DNA from: Candidatus Aminicenantes bacterium UBA2190
GTDB lineage: Bacteria > Acidobacteriota > Aminicenantia > UBA2199
Assembly (NCBI GenBank): GCA_002335385.1
Contig: DCVK01000023.1
Span: 1,531 to 65,530, forward strand
Reading direction: 5' to 3'
Length of the DNA: 64,000 bases
The position numbers were made by a program, and so were the translations under genes. Shown here one piece after another: positions 8,901-18,568 of the stretch; position 1 is the stretch's first letter, and the number at the start of each line of letters is the position of its first letter. The notes under the pieces are model-generated. The model saw only the letters and a program-made list of their open reading frames with translations, was not told where the DNA came from and made no database searches.

Positions 8901-10220
8901 TCAATTGTTCCTGGGATTGGCGTCGATGGTGCCGTCGTCGTAGTGGCCTTCGATCCCCGTGACCTTCCCGTCCTTGCGCACGATCTTCAGGCGGAAATAC
9001 GGCACCTCGGTGAAGCTGAAATAGTCCTCGCTCATGGGGATCATCTTCATTTCGGGACGGCCTTCCCTCTGGTAGAACAGGCTGCCGTTCCTGAAGATAA
9101 TCCTGCGCGGGCCGTAATCCCCGGCACAGGAACTCATGGTCTCGGGCGAGATGACCGCCGGGTTCAACTTGGCGTTCAGCCCGTCCAGCGCCCAGCGGTA
9201 CGAGGCCTGGATGCGCTCATCCTGCTCACTGGCCGCCAGCTTCTCCAGGGCCAGCAGGTGCGCCTTGTCCAGCGCCTGGGCGGCCGGCACCTTGACGTCG
9301 GGCTCGATGCCGCTGCCCTCCCAGTTGGTCTTGCTGATGGGGTTGACGGCCCGGGCGTAGGGAACCCCGATGGCGAAATGGTCGTTGAGGATCTCCAGGC
9401 GCACCGGATGGGCGCCGCCGCCGGTGGTTTCGCCGACGATGGTGGCCCGCTTCATGTTCTTCAGGTTATAGGTGAACTCCTCGGCTCCGGAGAACGTGTA
9501 GCTGCTCGTCAGGACATAGAGGTCGGTCTCGGCCAGCTTGCGGCCGGGCACGTAGGGCTGGGTCCAGTACTGCTCCGTCTTTTCCCCCAGGCGGTAATAG
9601 AATGAGTTCAGGTGCCGGGGTTCGCCGCTGAAGAAATAGCTGGAGAGCAGCTGGATCATTTCCGGGCTGCCGCCGCCGTTCTCGCGCAGGTCGACGACCA
9701 GGGCGTCGCAGTTGGCCAGGAAGGCCATGGCGCCGACCGCCACCTGGAACGCTTCCTGGGCGTCGCTGAACTGGTTGAACTTCAGGTAGCCGACATTGCC
9801 GCTCAGGATCCTGATCTCCCTGAACCCGTGGTTCTCGAGGCGGGCGAGCTTCTTCCGGAATTCCTCGGCCGCCTTCTTCCTGGCCTCGTCCGGGGTGCGC
9901 ATCTCCAGGATGCGCTCCGGGGCATAGCGGACCCCCAGGTGGCGGTCGCGGCTGACCGCGCGCAGGTCCTCGGTCAGCATGGCGGCGAAGGCCTGCGCAT
10001 CGTCGATCGCCGAGTACTTGCCGGTCTTCAGGTTCTTTTTGATCAGGTCGCCCATTTTCCTTGCTGTTTCCGGGAAAACGTACTGCTTGGCGAGCACATC
10101 GGCCACGGCGCTGACCACGGCCTTCTTTTCCTCAGCGCCCAGCTTTTGCGGCTGAACCTGGGCCGGCTGGGTGAAGCGAAATGCCAGCAGCAATAAAATA
10201 AAAAAATTGAATTGTTTCAT
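8901..10220 (-). CDS. S41 family peptidase (IRBP/tricorn-core-like, with an S41 N-terminal helical domain), secreted
   Basis: Has a signal peptide, an N-terminal module (VADVLAKQYVFPE...FAAMLTEDLRAVSRDRHLGV) and an S41 core (LVVDLRENGGGSPE, YVLTSSYTFSGAEEF). Confidence 0.8.
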   Translation of the reverse strand: MKQFNFFILLLLAFRFTQPAQVQPQKLGAEEKKAVVSAVADVLAKQYVFPETARKMGDLIKKNLKTGKYSAIDDAQAFAAMLTEDLRAVSRDRHLGVRYAPERILEMRTPDEARKKAAEEFRKKLARLENHGFREIRILSGNVGYLKFNQFSDAQEAFQVAVGAMAFLANCDALVVDLRENGGGSPEMIQLLSSYFFSGEPRHLNSFYYRLGEKTEQYWTQPYVPGRKLAETDLYVLTSSYTFSGAEEFTYNLKNMKRATIVGETTGGGAHPVRLEILNDHFAIGVPYARAVNPISKTNWEGSGIEPDVKVPAAQALDKAHLLALEKLAASEQDERIQASYRWALDGLNAKLNPAVISPETMSSCAGDYGPRRIIFRNGSLFYQREGRPEMKMIPMSEDYFSFTEVPYFRLKIVRKDGKVTGIEGHYDDGTIDANPRNN

Positions 10221-10305
10221 TGTGCTCCTCCTGATGGCTGCAATTCTTAAGACGTTCTTCAGCGGAGAAAGTTTCCTCAGTCCCGGGTTTCAGCGGATTT
10301 TGCGA

Positions 10306-11055
10306 TCAGGAAGCCCGGCCGCAGCGCAGGGCAAGGGCCCAATCGGGGCGACCGTTCTCCAAGGCCGCGGCCGCGGCGCTGTGCCAATCATAGGCAACGG
10401 CGACATGCTCGACCGCGAACCCCGCCCGCGCGCGGGTCACGATGCCGTAGCGTGCATGGTGCGATCCGGCCTCCATGGCATGCGAGAACGGCTTGTCGTC
10501 GCGGTAGGCCGGCAATCCGACGCTGCCCGGGTTGACCAGCGGGCGGCCGTCGGGCAGGCTCAGCAGCGCCGGCAGGTGGTCGTGGCCGAAAAGTACGACA
10601 GGCTGGGCGATCTGGGCCAGCTTCAGGGCGATGGCTGCCGGCGGCAGCAGCCGGCACGCCGTCGGGGTGACCTCGCGCGCCAGATACTCATTGTCGCGCT
10701 CCGGGGTGCCGTGGCACAGAAAGAAAATTTCCTGGAAGGCGATGGTCAAGGGGAGCGCCCGCAGCCAGCGAATGTGTTCGGGCTGCAGCCGGGCCTGGAC
10801 AAAAGGCAGCGAAGGCGAATCGGGGTGTTGGTGCGCATCTTCAAGAAGGATGCGGTCCTCGTTGCCGCGCACGGTCGGCATGTCCAGCTCCAGCAGGATC
10901 CGCGCCGTGCCGGCCGGGTCCAACGGCCCGTAAAGGCCATCGCCGAGGTTGACCATATCGTTGATGCCGCGGCGGCGGATATCCTCCAGGACGGCTTCCA
11001 GGGCCCAGCGGTTGCCGTGGATGTCCGACAGGATGGCGACGGGCGAGGTTTGCAG
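10306..11055 (-). CDS. Metallophosphoesterase (YfcE/MJ0936-like); start codon uncertain and possibly non-canonical
   Basis: Carries the motifs VAILSDIHGN, NLGDGLYGP, GNED, FLCHGTP and GHDH. The only canonical in-frame starts lie far inside the upstream GNAT gene. AAGGAG followed 7 nt later by CTG (11055) sits immediately after the GNAT stop. Confidence 0.7.
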   Translation of the reverse strand: MQTSPVAILSDIHGNRWALEAVLEDIRRRGINDMVNLGDGLYGPLDPAGTARILLELDMPTVRGNEDRILLEDAHQHPDSPSLPFVQARLQPEHIRWLRALPLTIAFQEIFFLCHGTPERDNEYLAREVTPTACRLLPPAAIALKLAQIAQPVVLFGHDHLPALLSLPDGRPLVNPGSVGLPAYRDDKPFSHAMEAGSHHARYGIVTRARAGFAVEHVAVAYDWHSAAAAALENGRPDWALALRCGRAS

Positions 11056-11068
11056 GGAAGTGCTCCTT

Positions 11069-11929
11069 TCAGCCCTTGGCGCCGGAGCCGATGGCGTACA
11101 GGGCCGGGTGATCGCCGAGGCGCGCAGAGGGGCCGCGGACCATGCGCCAGGAGTGGATGCCCTCCTGCAGGCCGGGCCAGGAGCGGAGCAGGCGCGCCGC
11201 CTCGGAATTGCTATCAAGAACACCGACGCGCAACGCCTCGGTGCCGTGCTCGCTGGCCAGGTGCTCGAGCAGTGGGGCGGCTTCTTCGGGCGCCAGGGCC
11301 GCCCAGGGGCCGACGGCCAGCAGCCCGTCTCCCGGGCGGGCCATGATCCAGCCCTTGATCTGTCCTTCCCGTTCGGCGACCAGGCACTTCCTGGGAAAGC
11401 TCTCCAGGCGGCGGCGCAGGAAAAAGGAGCGGTCGTCGCCGAAGAACTCCCTGTCCAGACCGCAGACGCGGTCCAATTCCTCCTGCCGCAGGGCGCGAAT
11501 GTGGTCGTATTTTTTCCCCTTGAACTTGCCGCGAAAGCGCAGTGAGCGGCAGATCTTGCGGAAGCCCAGCTTCTCGTAGAAGGAGACGGCATTCAGGTCG
11601 CCGTCAAGGAGGATGTTCTCCAGCCCGGCGGCGAGCAGATAATCCAGGGCCTTCTGGAAGAGCAGATGGCCGATCCCCAGCAGGCGCAGGTGCCGGCTTA
11701 CGACCAGCTCGCCGATGAAGCCGCTGCGCGAGTATTTCGTGGAGATGCACACTCCCGCCTTCTCGCCGCCCGCCTCGGCGATGAAGCAGCCCGAGGCGTC
11801 GTGGGCCAGGAATGCCGCGAAGGAGTCCATGCTCTCGCTGGCCCAGCCGGCGGCGCGGGTGAGGGCGGTGGCGAAATCGAGATCCGCCGCCGTCATGCCA
11901 CGGATGGATACGGTCGCTGCCCCGCCCAT
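11069..11929 (-). CDS. GNAT family N-acetyltransferase (two-domain)
   Basis: Shows the acetyl-CoA-binding pattern (ELVVSRHLRLLGIGHLLFQKALDYL...FYEKLGF). Confidence 0.8.
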   Translation of the reverse strand: MGGAATVSIRGMTAADLDFATALTRAAGWASESMDSFAAFLAHDASGCFIAEAGGEKAGVCISTKYSRSGFIGELVVSRHLRLLGIGHLLFQKALDYLLAAGLENILLDGDLNAVSFYEKLGFRKICRSLRFRGKFKGKKYDHIRALRQEELDRVCGLDREFFGDDRSFFLRRRLESFPRKCLVAEREGQIKGWIMARPGDGLLAVGPWAALAPEEAAPLLEHLASEHGTEALRVGVLDSNSEAARLLRSWPGLQEGIHSWRMVRGPSARLGDHPALYAIGSGAKG

Positions 11930-11938
11930 GACGTCTCC

Positions 11939-12616
11939 TCAGTACCCCAGCGATTCGCCGACCAGGACCACGCGGATGCGGCCGGGGACCATGCCGCCTT
12001 CCGTGATCACGAGCTGGCAGCAGATGCGCTGCGGCGGGTGGCAGTGCGGGTCCTGGCAGAAGCCGCTATGCGCGCAGGGAGTGTCGGCGCCGACGCGCAG
12101 GCTGTTGGCCGCGGCGGCGCTGTTGCGGGCACGGGAGACGGCCGTTTCCAGGTCGGCGGTGACCTTGTTCATGCCGGCGAGAACGACCACTTTTTTCGGG
12201 CCGAAGACCAGCGCCGCCACGCGGTTGCCGGTGCCGTCGATGTTGACCAGCCGGCCGTCGGCGCTGACGGCGTTGCTGCTCATGAGGAAGATGTCGGCCA
12301 GCAGCCCCTGCCGGCGCATCTCGTCGACTTCCGCCCTGCTGACCTCCGGCTTGTAGCGGTCGAGCAGGCGGATGTCCATCTTGCGCAGGGCGTCGAGCAG
12401 GCCCGATTCGATCAGTGTCTCCGAGCCGCCCAGGCCGACCAGCGCCCCGACGGGGATGGCGGCGCAGATATCCTCCACCGCCTCGGCGCAGGTAGCGAAA
12501 TAGGCGCCATCGATCCCCCGTCTCTGGAAGTTTTTGATGAGGGTCATGGCCTGCCGCCGACGGCTCTCCTTCATGTGGTCATTCTTTGTCTTCATTTTGT
12601 TCCGGCTTCTGGTCAA
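11939..12616 (-). CDS. LUD domain (LutC/YkgG-like, DUF162) protein; the start is uncertain (TTG 12616, ATG 12595 or ATG 12547)
   Basis: Shows LUD-type motifs: VGLGGSETL, FLMSSNAVSADGRLVNIDGTGNRV, KKVVVLAGMNKV, plus a Cys-rich C-terminus. Confidence 0.7.
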   Translation of the reverse strand: MTRSRNKMKTKNDHMKESRRRQAMTLIKNFQRRGIDGAYFATCAEAVEDICAAIPVGALVGLGGSETLIESGLLDALRKMDIRLLDRYKPEVSRAEVDEMRRQGLLADIFLMSSNAVSADGRLVNIDGTGNRVAALVFGPKKVVVLAGMNKVTADLETAVSRARNSAAAANSLRVGADTPCAHSGFCQDPHCHPPQRICCQLVITEGGMVPGRIRVVLVGESLGY

Positions 12617-12929
12617 CGATCCGCCGTGGGATGATTGTACATGATTTAAAAAGAATATGAAACGGCAGGGCGATCTCCGGCCTCACATGCCGGGGATCGC
12701 CCCCTTTCCCGAAGGATTTTGCCGGGGCGGGGCCGTATCCTTCCTGTTCGCAGGTATCTGCGATTGAAAGCCCGCCGCCTTTTCCTCCATTCCACCGGAA
12801 CCAATCGCCGGTGCGCTGCGTATATTCAACAAGCGGCCGCGCCCGAACCCGAAGCGCCGCCTGCGCCGGCGACGAAATTCCGCATTGGATCGCCGTCGAC
12901 CGCTGGGCATTTATAAGGAGAAGTTACAC

Positions 12930-14243
12930 ATGGGCAACGGAAAAAACGGAAAAAACGGAAAAAAAGCGAAATTGCGTAAAAAGATCATTTGGATCGCAAT
13001 GGGCGTCGTCTTGCTGCTGATCATGCTTAAAATGACCGTCTGCGCCAAGAGGGATCCCGGCATTTCGGTACAGACCGAGAAGGCCGCCCGGCGCGACATC
13101 ACCCAGCTGGTATCGGCCACCGGCATCATCAATCCCGTCTACCAGGTGGCCATCACCCCGGAGGTGACCGGCGAGATCGTCGAGCTTCCGGTCAAGGAAG
13201 GCGACCGGGTGAAGAAAAGCCAGCTGCTGATCCGCATCAAGCCCGATTCCTATGCCGCCCAGCGCGACCGGGCTCAGGCCAACCTGGATTCGGCCCAGGC
13301 CACCCTGGAGATGAAAAAGGTCGAGAAGAACTTCATCGAGGCCAACTACCGGCGCACCCAGGAGCTCTTCCGCAGCGGCTTCACCAACCAGCAGGAGCTG
13401 GACAAGATGAAGGCCGACCTGGACTCCAGCCGCGCCCAACTGGAAGCCCAGCAGGGCTACGTCCAGCAGGCGCAGGCGGCCCTGAAGGAGTCCGGCGAGA
13501 GCCTGAACAAGACGGCCATCTACTCGCCCATGGACGGCACGGTCAGCAAGCTCAACGTCGAGCTGGGAGAGCGCGTGCTGGGCAGCGGCTTCAGCCAGGG
13601 TACCGACCTGATGACCGTGGCCGACCTGGGCAAGATGGAGGCCATCGTGGACGTGGACGAGAACGACGTGGTGCTGGTGTCCATCGGCGACACGGCCAAG
13701 ATCGAGCTCGACGCCTTCAAGAACATCACCTACAACGGCAAGGTCACCCAGATCGCCAACTCGGCCAAGACGACCGGCATGGGCACCCAGGAGGAAGTGG
13801 TCAACTTCGCCATTAAGATCGCCCTCAGCGACTTCAACCCCCAGGTGCGCCCGGGCATGTCCTGCAATGCCGACATCGAGGTCGAAACCAAGGACAACGT
13901 GCTGACGGTCCCGATCCAGAGCGTCACTGCCCGCTCCGCGGAGGAAGCCGCAGCCGGCGCAACGCCGGACTCCAGCCGCGAGCTGATCGCCGGCAAGACC
14001 AGCAGGAAAAAGCAGTCCAAGCCCAAGGAGGTCGTCTTCGTGGTGGACAAGGGCACCGCGGCCATGAAAGAAGTGAAGATCGGCATCAGCGACAATGAAT
14101 ACATCGAGATCATCTCGGGCCTGAAGGAGGGCGAGGAAGTGGTCAGCGGCCCCTACCGGGCCATCTCCAGCGAGCTGCAGGACAAGACCAGGGTGCAGTT
14201 GGCAAGCAAGGGCAAAGACGGGAAGGGCGGGAAAAAGAACTGA
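12930..14243 (+). CDS. macA: Periplasmic adaptor (membrane fusion protein), MacA/HlyD family
   Basis: The ATG at 12930 is preceded by AAGGAG. It has an N-terminal anchor helix, a coiled-coil hairpin and barrel-sandwich motifs ([20 protein letters not shown]). Confidence 0.85.
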   Translation: MGNGKNGKNGKKAKLRKKIIWIAMGVVLLLIMLKMTVCAKRDPGISVQTEKAARRDITQLVSATGIINPVYQVAITPEVTGEIVELPVKEGDRVKKSQLLIRIKPDSYAAQRDRAQANLDSAQATLEMKKVEKNFIEANYRRTQELFRSGFTNQQELDKMKADLDSSRAQLEAQQGYVQQAQAALKESGESLNKTAIYSPMDGTVSKLNVELGERVLGSGFSQGTDLMTVADLGKMEAIVDVDENDVVLVSIGDTAKIELDAFKNITYNGKVTQIANSAKTTGMGTQEEVVNFAIKIALSDFNPQVRPGMSCNADIEVETKDNVLTVPIQSVTARSAEEAAAGATPDSSRELIAGKTSRKKQSKPKEVVFVVDKGTAAMKEVKIGISDNEYIEIISGLKEGEEVVSGPYRAISSELQDKTRVQLASKGKDGKGGKKN

Positions 14244-14262
14244 GGCCGCAAGCCGAGACAAC

Positions 14263-14973
14263 ATGAACATCATTAATCTGGAAAACATTTCCCGGGTATA
14301 CCAGGTCGGTTCCGAGGAGGTCCATGCCCTCGACGGCGTCTCGCTGAAGATCGACCGCAACGAGTACGTGGCCATCATGGGGCCTTCGGGCTCGGGAAAA
14401 TCGACGCTGATGAACATTGTCGGCTGCCTGGACACGCCGACGAGTGGCTCGTACGTCCTGAAGGGGACCGACGTCAGCGACATGAGCGACAACGAGCTGG
14501 CCGAGGTGCGCAACCGCGAGATCGGCTTCGTCTTCCAGACCTTCAACCTTCTGCCCCGCGCCACCTCCTTTCACAACGTCGAGTTGCCCCTGATCTACGC
14601 CGGCGTCCCCGCCGCCGAGCGCCGCCAGAAGGCCGAGCAGGCCCTGGCCAGCGTCGGTCTCAAGGAGCGCATGCTGCACAAGCCGAACGAGCTCTCCGGC
14701 GGCCAGCGCCAGCGTGTCGCCGTCGCCCGGGCGCTGGTGGTCGGCCCCTCGATCATCCTCGCCGACGAGCCCACCGGCAACCTCGACTCCAAGACCGGCG
14801 AGGATATCATGTCCCTGTTCAACGAGATCTACAAGCTGGGCAACACCATCATCCTGGTCACCCACGAGGAATACATCGCCAACCATGCCAAGCGCGTCAT
14901 CCGCCTGCTGGACGGCAAGGTCGAGAGCGACAAGCTGGTTGGGAGCCGCACCATTCCCAACCGGGGAAATTAG
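14263..14973 (+). CDS. ABC transporter ATP-binding protein, MacB/LolD type (stand-alone NBD)
   Basis: Has Walker [10 protein letters not shown], the signature LSGGQRQRV and Walker [12 protein letters not shown]. Confidence 0.9.
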   Translation: MNIINLENISRVYQVGSEEVHALDGVSLKIDRNEYVAIMGPSGSGKSTLMNIVGCLDTPTSGSYVLKGTDVSDMSDNELAEVRNREIGFVFQTFNLLPRATSFHNVELPLIYAGVPAAERRQKAEQALASVGLKERMLHKPNELSGGQRQRVAVARALVVGPSIILADEPTGNLDSKTGEDIMSLFNEIYKLGNTIILVTHEEYIANHAKRVIRLLDGKVESDKLVGSRTIPNRGN

Positions 14974-14975
14974 CC

Positions 14976-16208
14976 ATGCGCCATCACCTGTTCGAATGGA
15001 AGGAGGGGCTGCTGATCTCCCTGAACGCCATTCGCGCCAACAAGGCCCGCTCGATCCTGACCATGCTGGGCATCGTCATCGGCATCTGCTCGGTGGCGCT
15101 GATGGCCACGGCCATCAACGGCATCGACAAGGCCTTCGTGGACGGCATCAGCGCCCTGGGCGCCAACAACCTCTACATCGACAAGTACGCCTGGTTCAGC
15201 GACGAGGACTTCTTCCTGATGCGCAACCGCAAGAACGTCACCATGGAGCAGTTCGAGCGCTTCGAGAAGCTGGTCCAGCTGCCGCTGGCCGTGGCGCCGA
15301 CCATCCTGACCATGCACAAGGTGCTGCACGGCGACAACTACGTCGAGGGCACGCTGATGACCGGGACCACCGACGGCTACGTGCGCACCACCAACTTCAA
15401 CTTCGCGCGCGGCCGGTTCTTCTCGCCCCTGGAGAGCAGCGGCGCCCGCAACGTGGCGGTGCTGGGCAGCGAGGTCGCCGTCCACCTTTTTGAGAAGCAG
15501 GACCCGCTGGCCCAGGAGGTCAAGGTCGACGGCATCCCCTTCCGCGTGGTCGGCGTGCTGGAGAAGCAGGGCAGCAACATGTTGGGCAATTTCAATCCCG
15601 ACAACCAGGTCTACATCCCCATCGGCACGGTCTTCAAGTACTTTCGGCGCGACCGCGACACCGTGACCATCGTCGTGCGCGCGCGCAGCACCGAGCTGAC
15701 CGAGGCCACTAAGGAAGAGGCCATCGGCATGATGCGCCGCGTGCGCGGCCTGCTGTACGACGAGAAGGATGATTTTTCCGTCAACACCCAGGAGGGGCTG
15801 ACCACGGAGTACGACAAGGTCGTGGGCGTGATCAAGCTGGTCGGCCTGTTCATCACCGGCCTGTCGCTGCTGGTGGGCGCCATCGGCATCATGAACATCA
15901 TGTTCGTCTCGGTAAAAGAACGGACCAAGGAGATCGGCATCCGCAAGGCCATCGGCGCCAAGAAGCGCACGATCATGGGCCAGTTCCTCACCGAGGCGGC
16001 GCTGATCTGCCTGCTGGGCGGCCTGGTCGGCCTGCTGCTGGCCGTGGCCTTAAGCATGCTCATCAACAAGTTCCTGCCCACCAGCGTGCAGGTGAACACC
16101 ATCGTGCTGGCCATTTCCATATCCCTGCTGACCGGCATCGTCTCCGGCCTGGCGCCGGCGTGGACGGCGGCCAAGATGGACCCGGTCGAGGCCCTGAGGT
16201 ACGAATAA
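14976..16208 (+). CDS. ABC transporter permease, FtsX/MacB_PCD type (first of two)
   Basis: Shows an N-terminal TM helix, a large periplasmic domain and a C-terminal FtsX bundle (KERTKEIGIRKAIGAKKRTI). It starts 3 nt after the ATPase stop. Confidence 0.85.
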   Translation: MRHHLFEWKEGLLISLNAIRANKARSILTMLGIVIGICSVALMATAINGIDKAFVDGISALGANNLYIDKYAWFSDEDFFLMRNRKNVTMEQFERFEKLVQLPLAVAPTILTMHKVLHGDNYVEGTLMTGTTDGYVRTTNFNFARGRFFSPLESSGARNVAVLGSEVAVHLFEKQDPLAQEVKVDGIPFRVVGVLEKQGSNMLGNFNPDNQVYIPIGTVFKYFRRDRDTVTIVVRARSTELTEATKEEAIGMMRRVRGLLYDEKDDFSVNTQEGLTTEYDKVVGVIKLVGLFITGLSLLVGAIGIMNIMFVSVKERTKEIGIRKAIGAKKRTIMGQFLTEAALICLLGGLVGLLLAVALSMLINKFLPTSVQVNTIVLAISISLLTGIVSGLAPAWTAAKMDPVEALRYE

Positions 16209-17434
16209 TGAAATTCTGGGAAGTCCTGAAGGTCGCCTTCGCCTCGCTGCGCGGCAACAAGCTGCGCTCCTCGCTGACCGTGCTGGGCATCGTCATCGGC
16301 ATTTTCTCCATCATCTCCATCAGCACCGTGATCACCATGCTGCAGAATTCTATCAACGAGGGGCTGTCGAGTCTGGGAAAAAACACCTTCCAGATCCAGA
16401 AATTCCCGGCCATGCAGCAGGGACGCCTGAGCGACAAGATCCGCAACCGCAAGAACCTGACCATCGAGGAATACTACCGCCTGCGCGAGATGCTCGATGA
16501 GGCCAAGCTGGTCGGCGCCGAGCAGTGGCAGTTCGGCAAGCTGTTCAAGTCGCAGTACGACGAGACCAACGCCAACATCCAGCTGGCAGGCGCCACGCCC
16601 GAGGCCATGGTGACCAACGACTGGCAGATCGCCGACGGCCGCTCCCTCAACCAGGACGACATGGACCGCAACCGGCGCGTCTGCGTGCTGGGCGTCGACG
16701 TGGCCAGGAAGCTCTTTCCGCGCGTCGACCCGCTGGGCCAGGAGGTCAAGGTCGACGGCCTGCGCCTGGACGTCATCGGCGTCCTCGTGACCCGGGGCGC
16801 GATGTTCGGGCAGTCGCGCGACGGCTTCGTGGTCACGCCGCTCTCCACCTTCCAGGCCAAGTACGGCAAGACCAGCCGCAGCGTCAACATCACGGTCATG
16901 GCCCACAGCCCGGTCATCTACAACCGCACCATCGACGCCGCCATCGGCCACATGCGCACCATCCGCAAGGTGACGCCGGGAGAGGAGAACGACTTCGACA
17001 TCTTCTCCAACGAGTCGCTGATCTCCCAGGTGGGCCAGATCACCCGGTACGTGCGCCTGGGCGCCATCGTCATCGCCTTCATCGCCCTGCTGGCGGCCGG
17101 CGTGGGCATCATGAACATCATGCTGGTCTCGGTCACCGAGCGCACGCGCGAGATCGGCATCCGCAAGGCCATCGGCGCCAAGAAGCGCAACATCCTTTTC
17201 CAGTTCCTGGTCGAAGCCGTCACCCTGTGCCAGTTCGGCGGCGTCATCGGCATCCTGCTGGGGCTCGGCGTCGGCAACCTGGCCGGCAAGGCCCTGAACG
17301 CCGCCCCGGCCTTGCCCCTCGACTGGGTGCTGGCCGGCATCGGCCTCTGCGTGCTGGTCGGCGTCGGCTTCGGCACCTACCCGGCCTGGAAGGCCGCCAA
17401 CCTCGACCCCATCGAGGCGCTGCGCTACGAGTGA
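16208..17434 (+). CDS. ABC transporter permease, FtsX/MacB_PCD type (second of two)
   Basis: The ATG at 16208 overlaps the preceding TAA (TAATG). It is a paralog of the previous gene (TERTREIGIRKAIGAKKRNI). Confidence 0.85.
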   Translation: MKFWEVLKVAFASLRGNKLRSSLTVLGIVIGIFSIISISTVITMLQNSINEGLSSLGKNTFQIQKFPAMQQGRLSDKIRNRKNLTIEEYYRLREMLDEAKLVGAEQWQFGKLFKSQYDETNANIQLAGATPEAMVTNDWQIADGRSLNQDDMDRNRRVCVLGVDVARKLFPRVDPLGQEVKVDGLRLDVIGVLVTRGAMFGQSRDGFVVTPLSTFQAKYGKTSRSVNITVMAHSPVIYNRTIDAAIGHMRTIRKVTPGEENDFDIFSNESLISQVGQITRYVRLGAIVIAFIALLAAGVGIMNIMLVSVTERTREIGIRKAIGAKKRNILFQFLVEAVTLCQFGGVIGILLGLGVGNLAGKALNAAPALPLDWVLAGIGLCVLVGVGFGTYPAWKAANLDPIEALRYE

Positions 17435-17575
17435 GGTGTTCCGGGGCCGGATCGCCCGGGATGGTCGAAAAAATGACCTCCGCGTCGGGCAGTCGGAACA
17501 CGCGGGCGATGTCGTGAGCCAGGCGCCGGGTTGAATATTTGCTAAAGATGACAAGGCGAAGGCGGCCTGGAGCAA

Positions 17576-18553
17576 ATGAATAGGCTGAATGCCTTATGGT
17601 GTTTTTTCTGCCTGGCGCTGGGATGCTTTTTTTTCCAAGGAGTTGCGCAATCCATGAATCCCGAAAAAGCGATCCTGCCGGAAACCGTCGGCGCCTGGAA
17701 AGCGGCGGCTGCGCCGCGGAAGATTGATGCCGGCAATATCTTCGACTACATGAACGGCGCCGGAGAACTCTACCTGGCCTATCATTTCGATCACATGCTG
17801 GCCTGGGAGTACCGCGATGGCAGCGACAACGATCTCCTGGTGGAACTGTATCGCATGCAGGGGAGCGACGACGCCTTCGGCCTCTTGTCGCTCGATTGGG
17901 GCGGCGAGGCGGTAGCCTGGCCGCATGGAGCGAAGATCATCCCGTCTTCCGCCGCAGTACCCCCCGCGCGGGCACTGTACGGAGAAGGATTGTTGCGTCT
18001 GTGGTCGGACGACCTCTATGCCCGGGTTATGGCGGTTCGGGAGACCCCCGCGGCCAGGGAGGCCATCCTGGTGCTCGCCCAAGCCATCGTCGCCGGCCGC
18101 TCCGACCCGCCGCCCCCGGCGCTGCTTCGCCTGTTGCCCACCGTCCTGAACCCGCAGTGGAAGCTGAAAATTGATCGCAGCGCTTTTATCCGTTCGCACC
18201 TGGTGCTGAACTCGCTCTATTACCTGAGCCACGACAACATTCTCGGCCTGGATTCTTCCTGCGAGGCCGTATTTACCTCATACGAAAAGGAGGGGCGGCG
18301 CTTGCACCTGCTGGTCATTCAATATGCCGATGACAGGAGCGCCGAGCAGGGACTGGCGGGATTCCTCGCTGGGTACATTCCCGAGGGGGCAAAGGGCGGT
18401 CCCGCCACCCCTCCGGCTGAATTGGGATTTTTCCTGGTCGAGGATGGCTGGCTGGGCTTCCACAAGGCCGGCCGCCGCCTGGCGGTGGTTTTCCAATGTC
18501 CCGACCTGGACGCGGCACGAAGGATCGTGGCACAGGTCGGACTCGAAAATTAA
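17576..18553 (+). CDS. Secreted protein of unknown function
   Basis: A 325-aa ORF with a Sec-type signal (LWCFFCLALGCFFFQGVAQS). I recognise no catalytic motif. Confidence 0.55.
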   Translation: MNRLNALWCFFCLALGCFFFQGVAQSMNPEKAILPETVGAWKAAAAPRKIDAGNIFDYMNGAGELYLAYHFDHMLAWEYRDGSDNDLLVELYRMQGSDDAFGLLSLDWGGEAVAWPHGAKIIPSSAAVPPARALYGEGLLRLWSDDLYARVMAVRETPAAREAILVLAQAIVAGRSDPPPPALLRLLPTVLNPQWKLKIDRSAFIRSHLVLNSLYYLSHDNILGLDSSCEAVFTSYEKEGRRLHLLVIQYADDRSAEQGLAGFLAGYIPEGAKGGPATPPAELGFFLVEDGWLGFHKAGRRLAVVFQCPDLDAARRIVAQVGLEN

Positions 18554-18568
18554 CTGTCGGAGGAGCGC

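Noticed and set aside
12938-12965. CGGAAAAAA x3 tandem repeat at the 5' end of macA (encoding [10 protein letters not shown]), considered as a phase-variation tract
   Set aside because: The unit is 9 nt and in frame, so slippage would only change the length of a cytoplasmic tail. The A-runs (6-7) are short for homopolymer switching.
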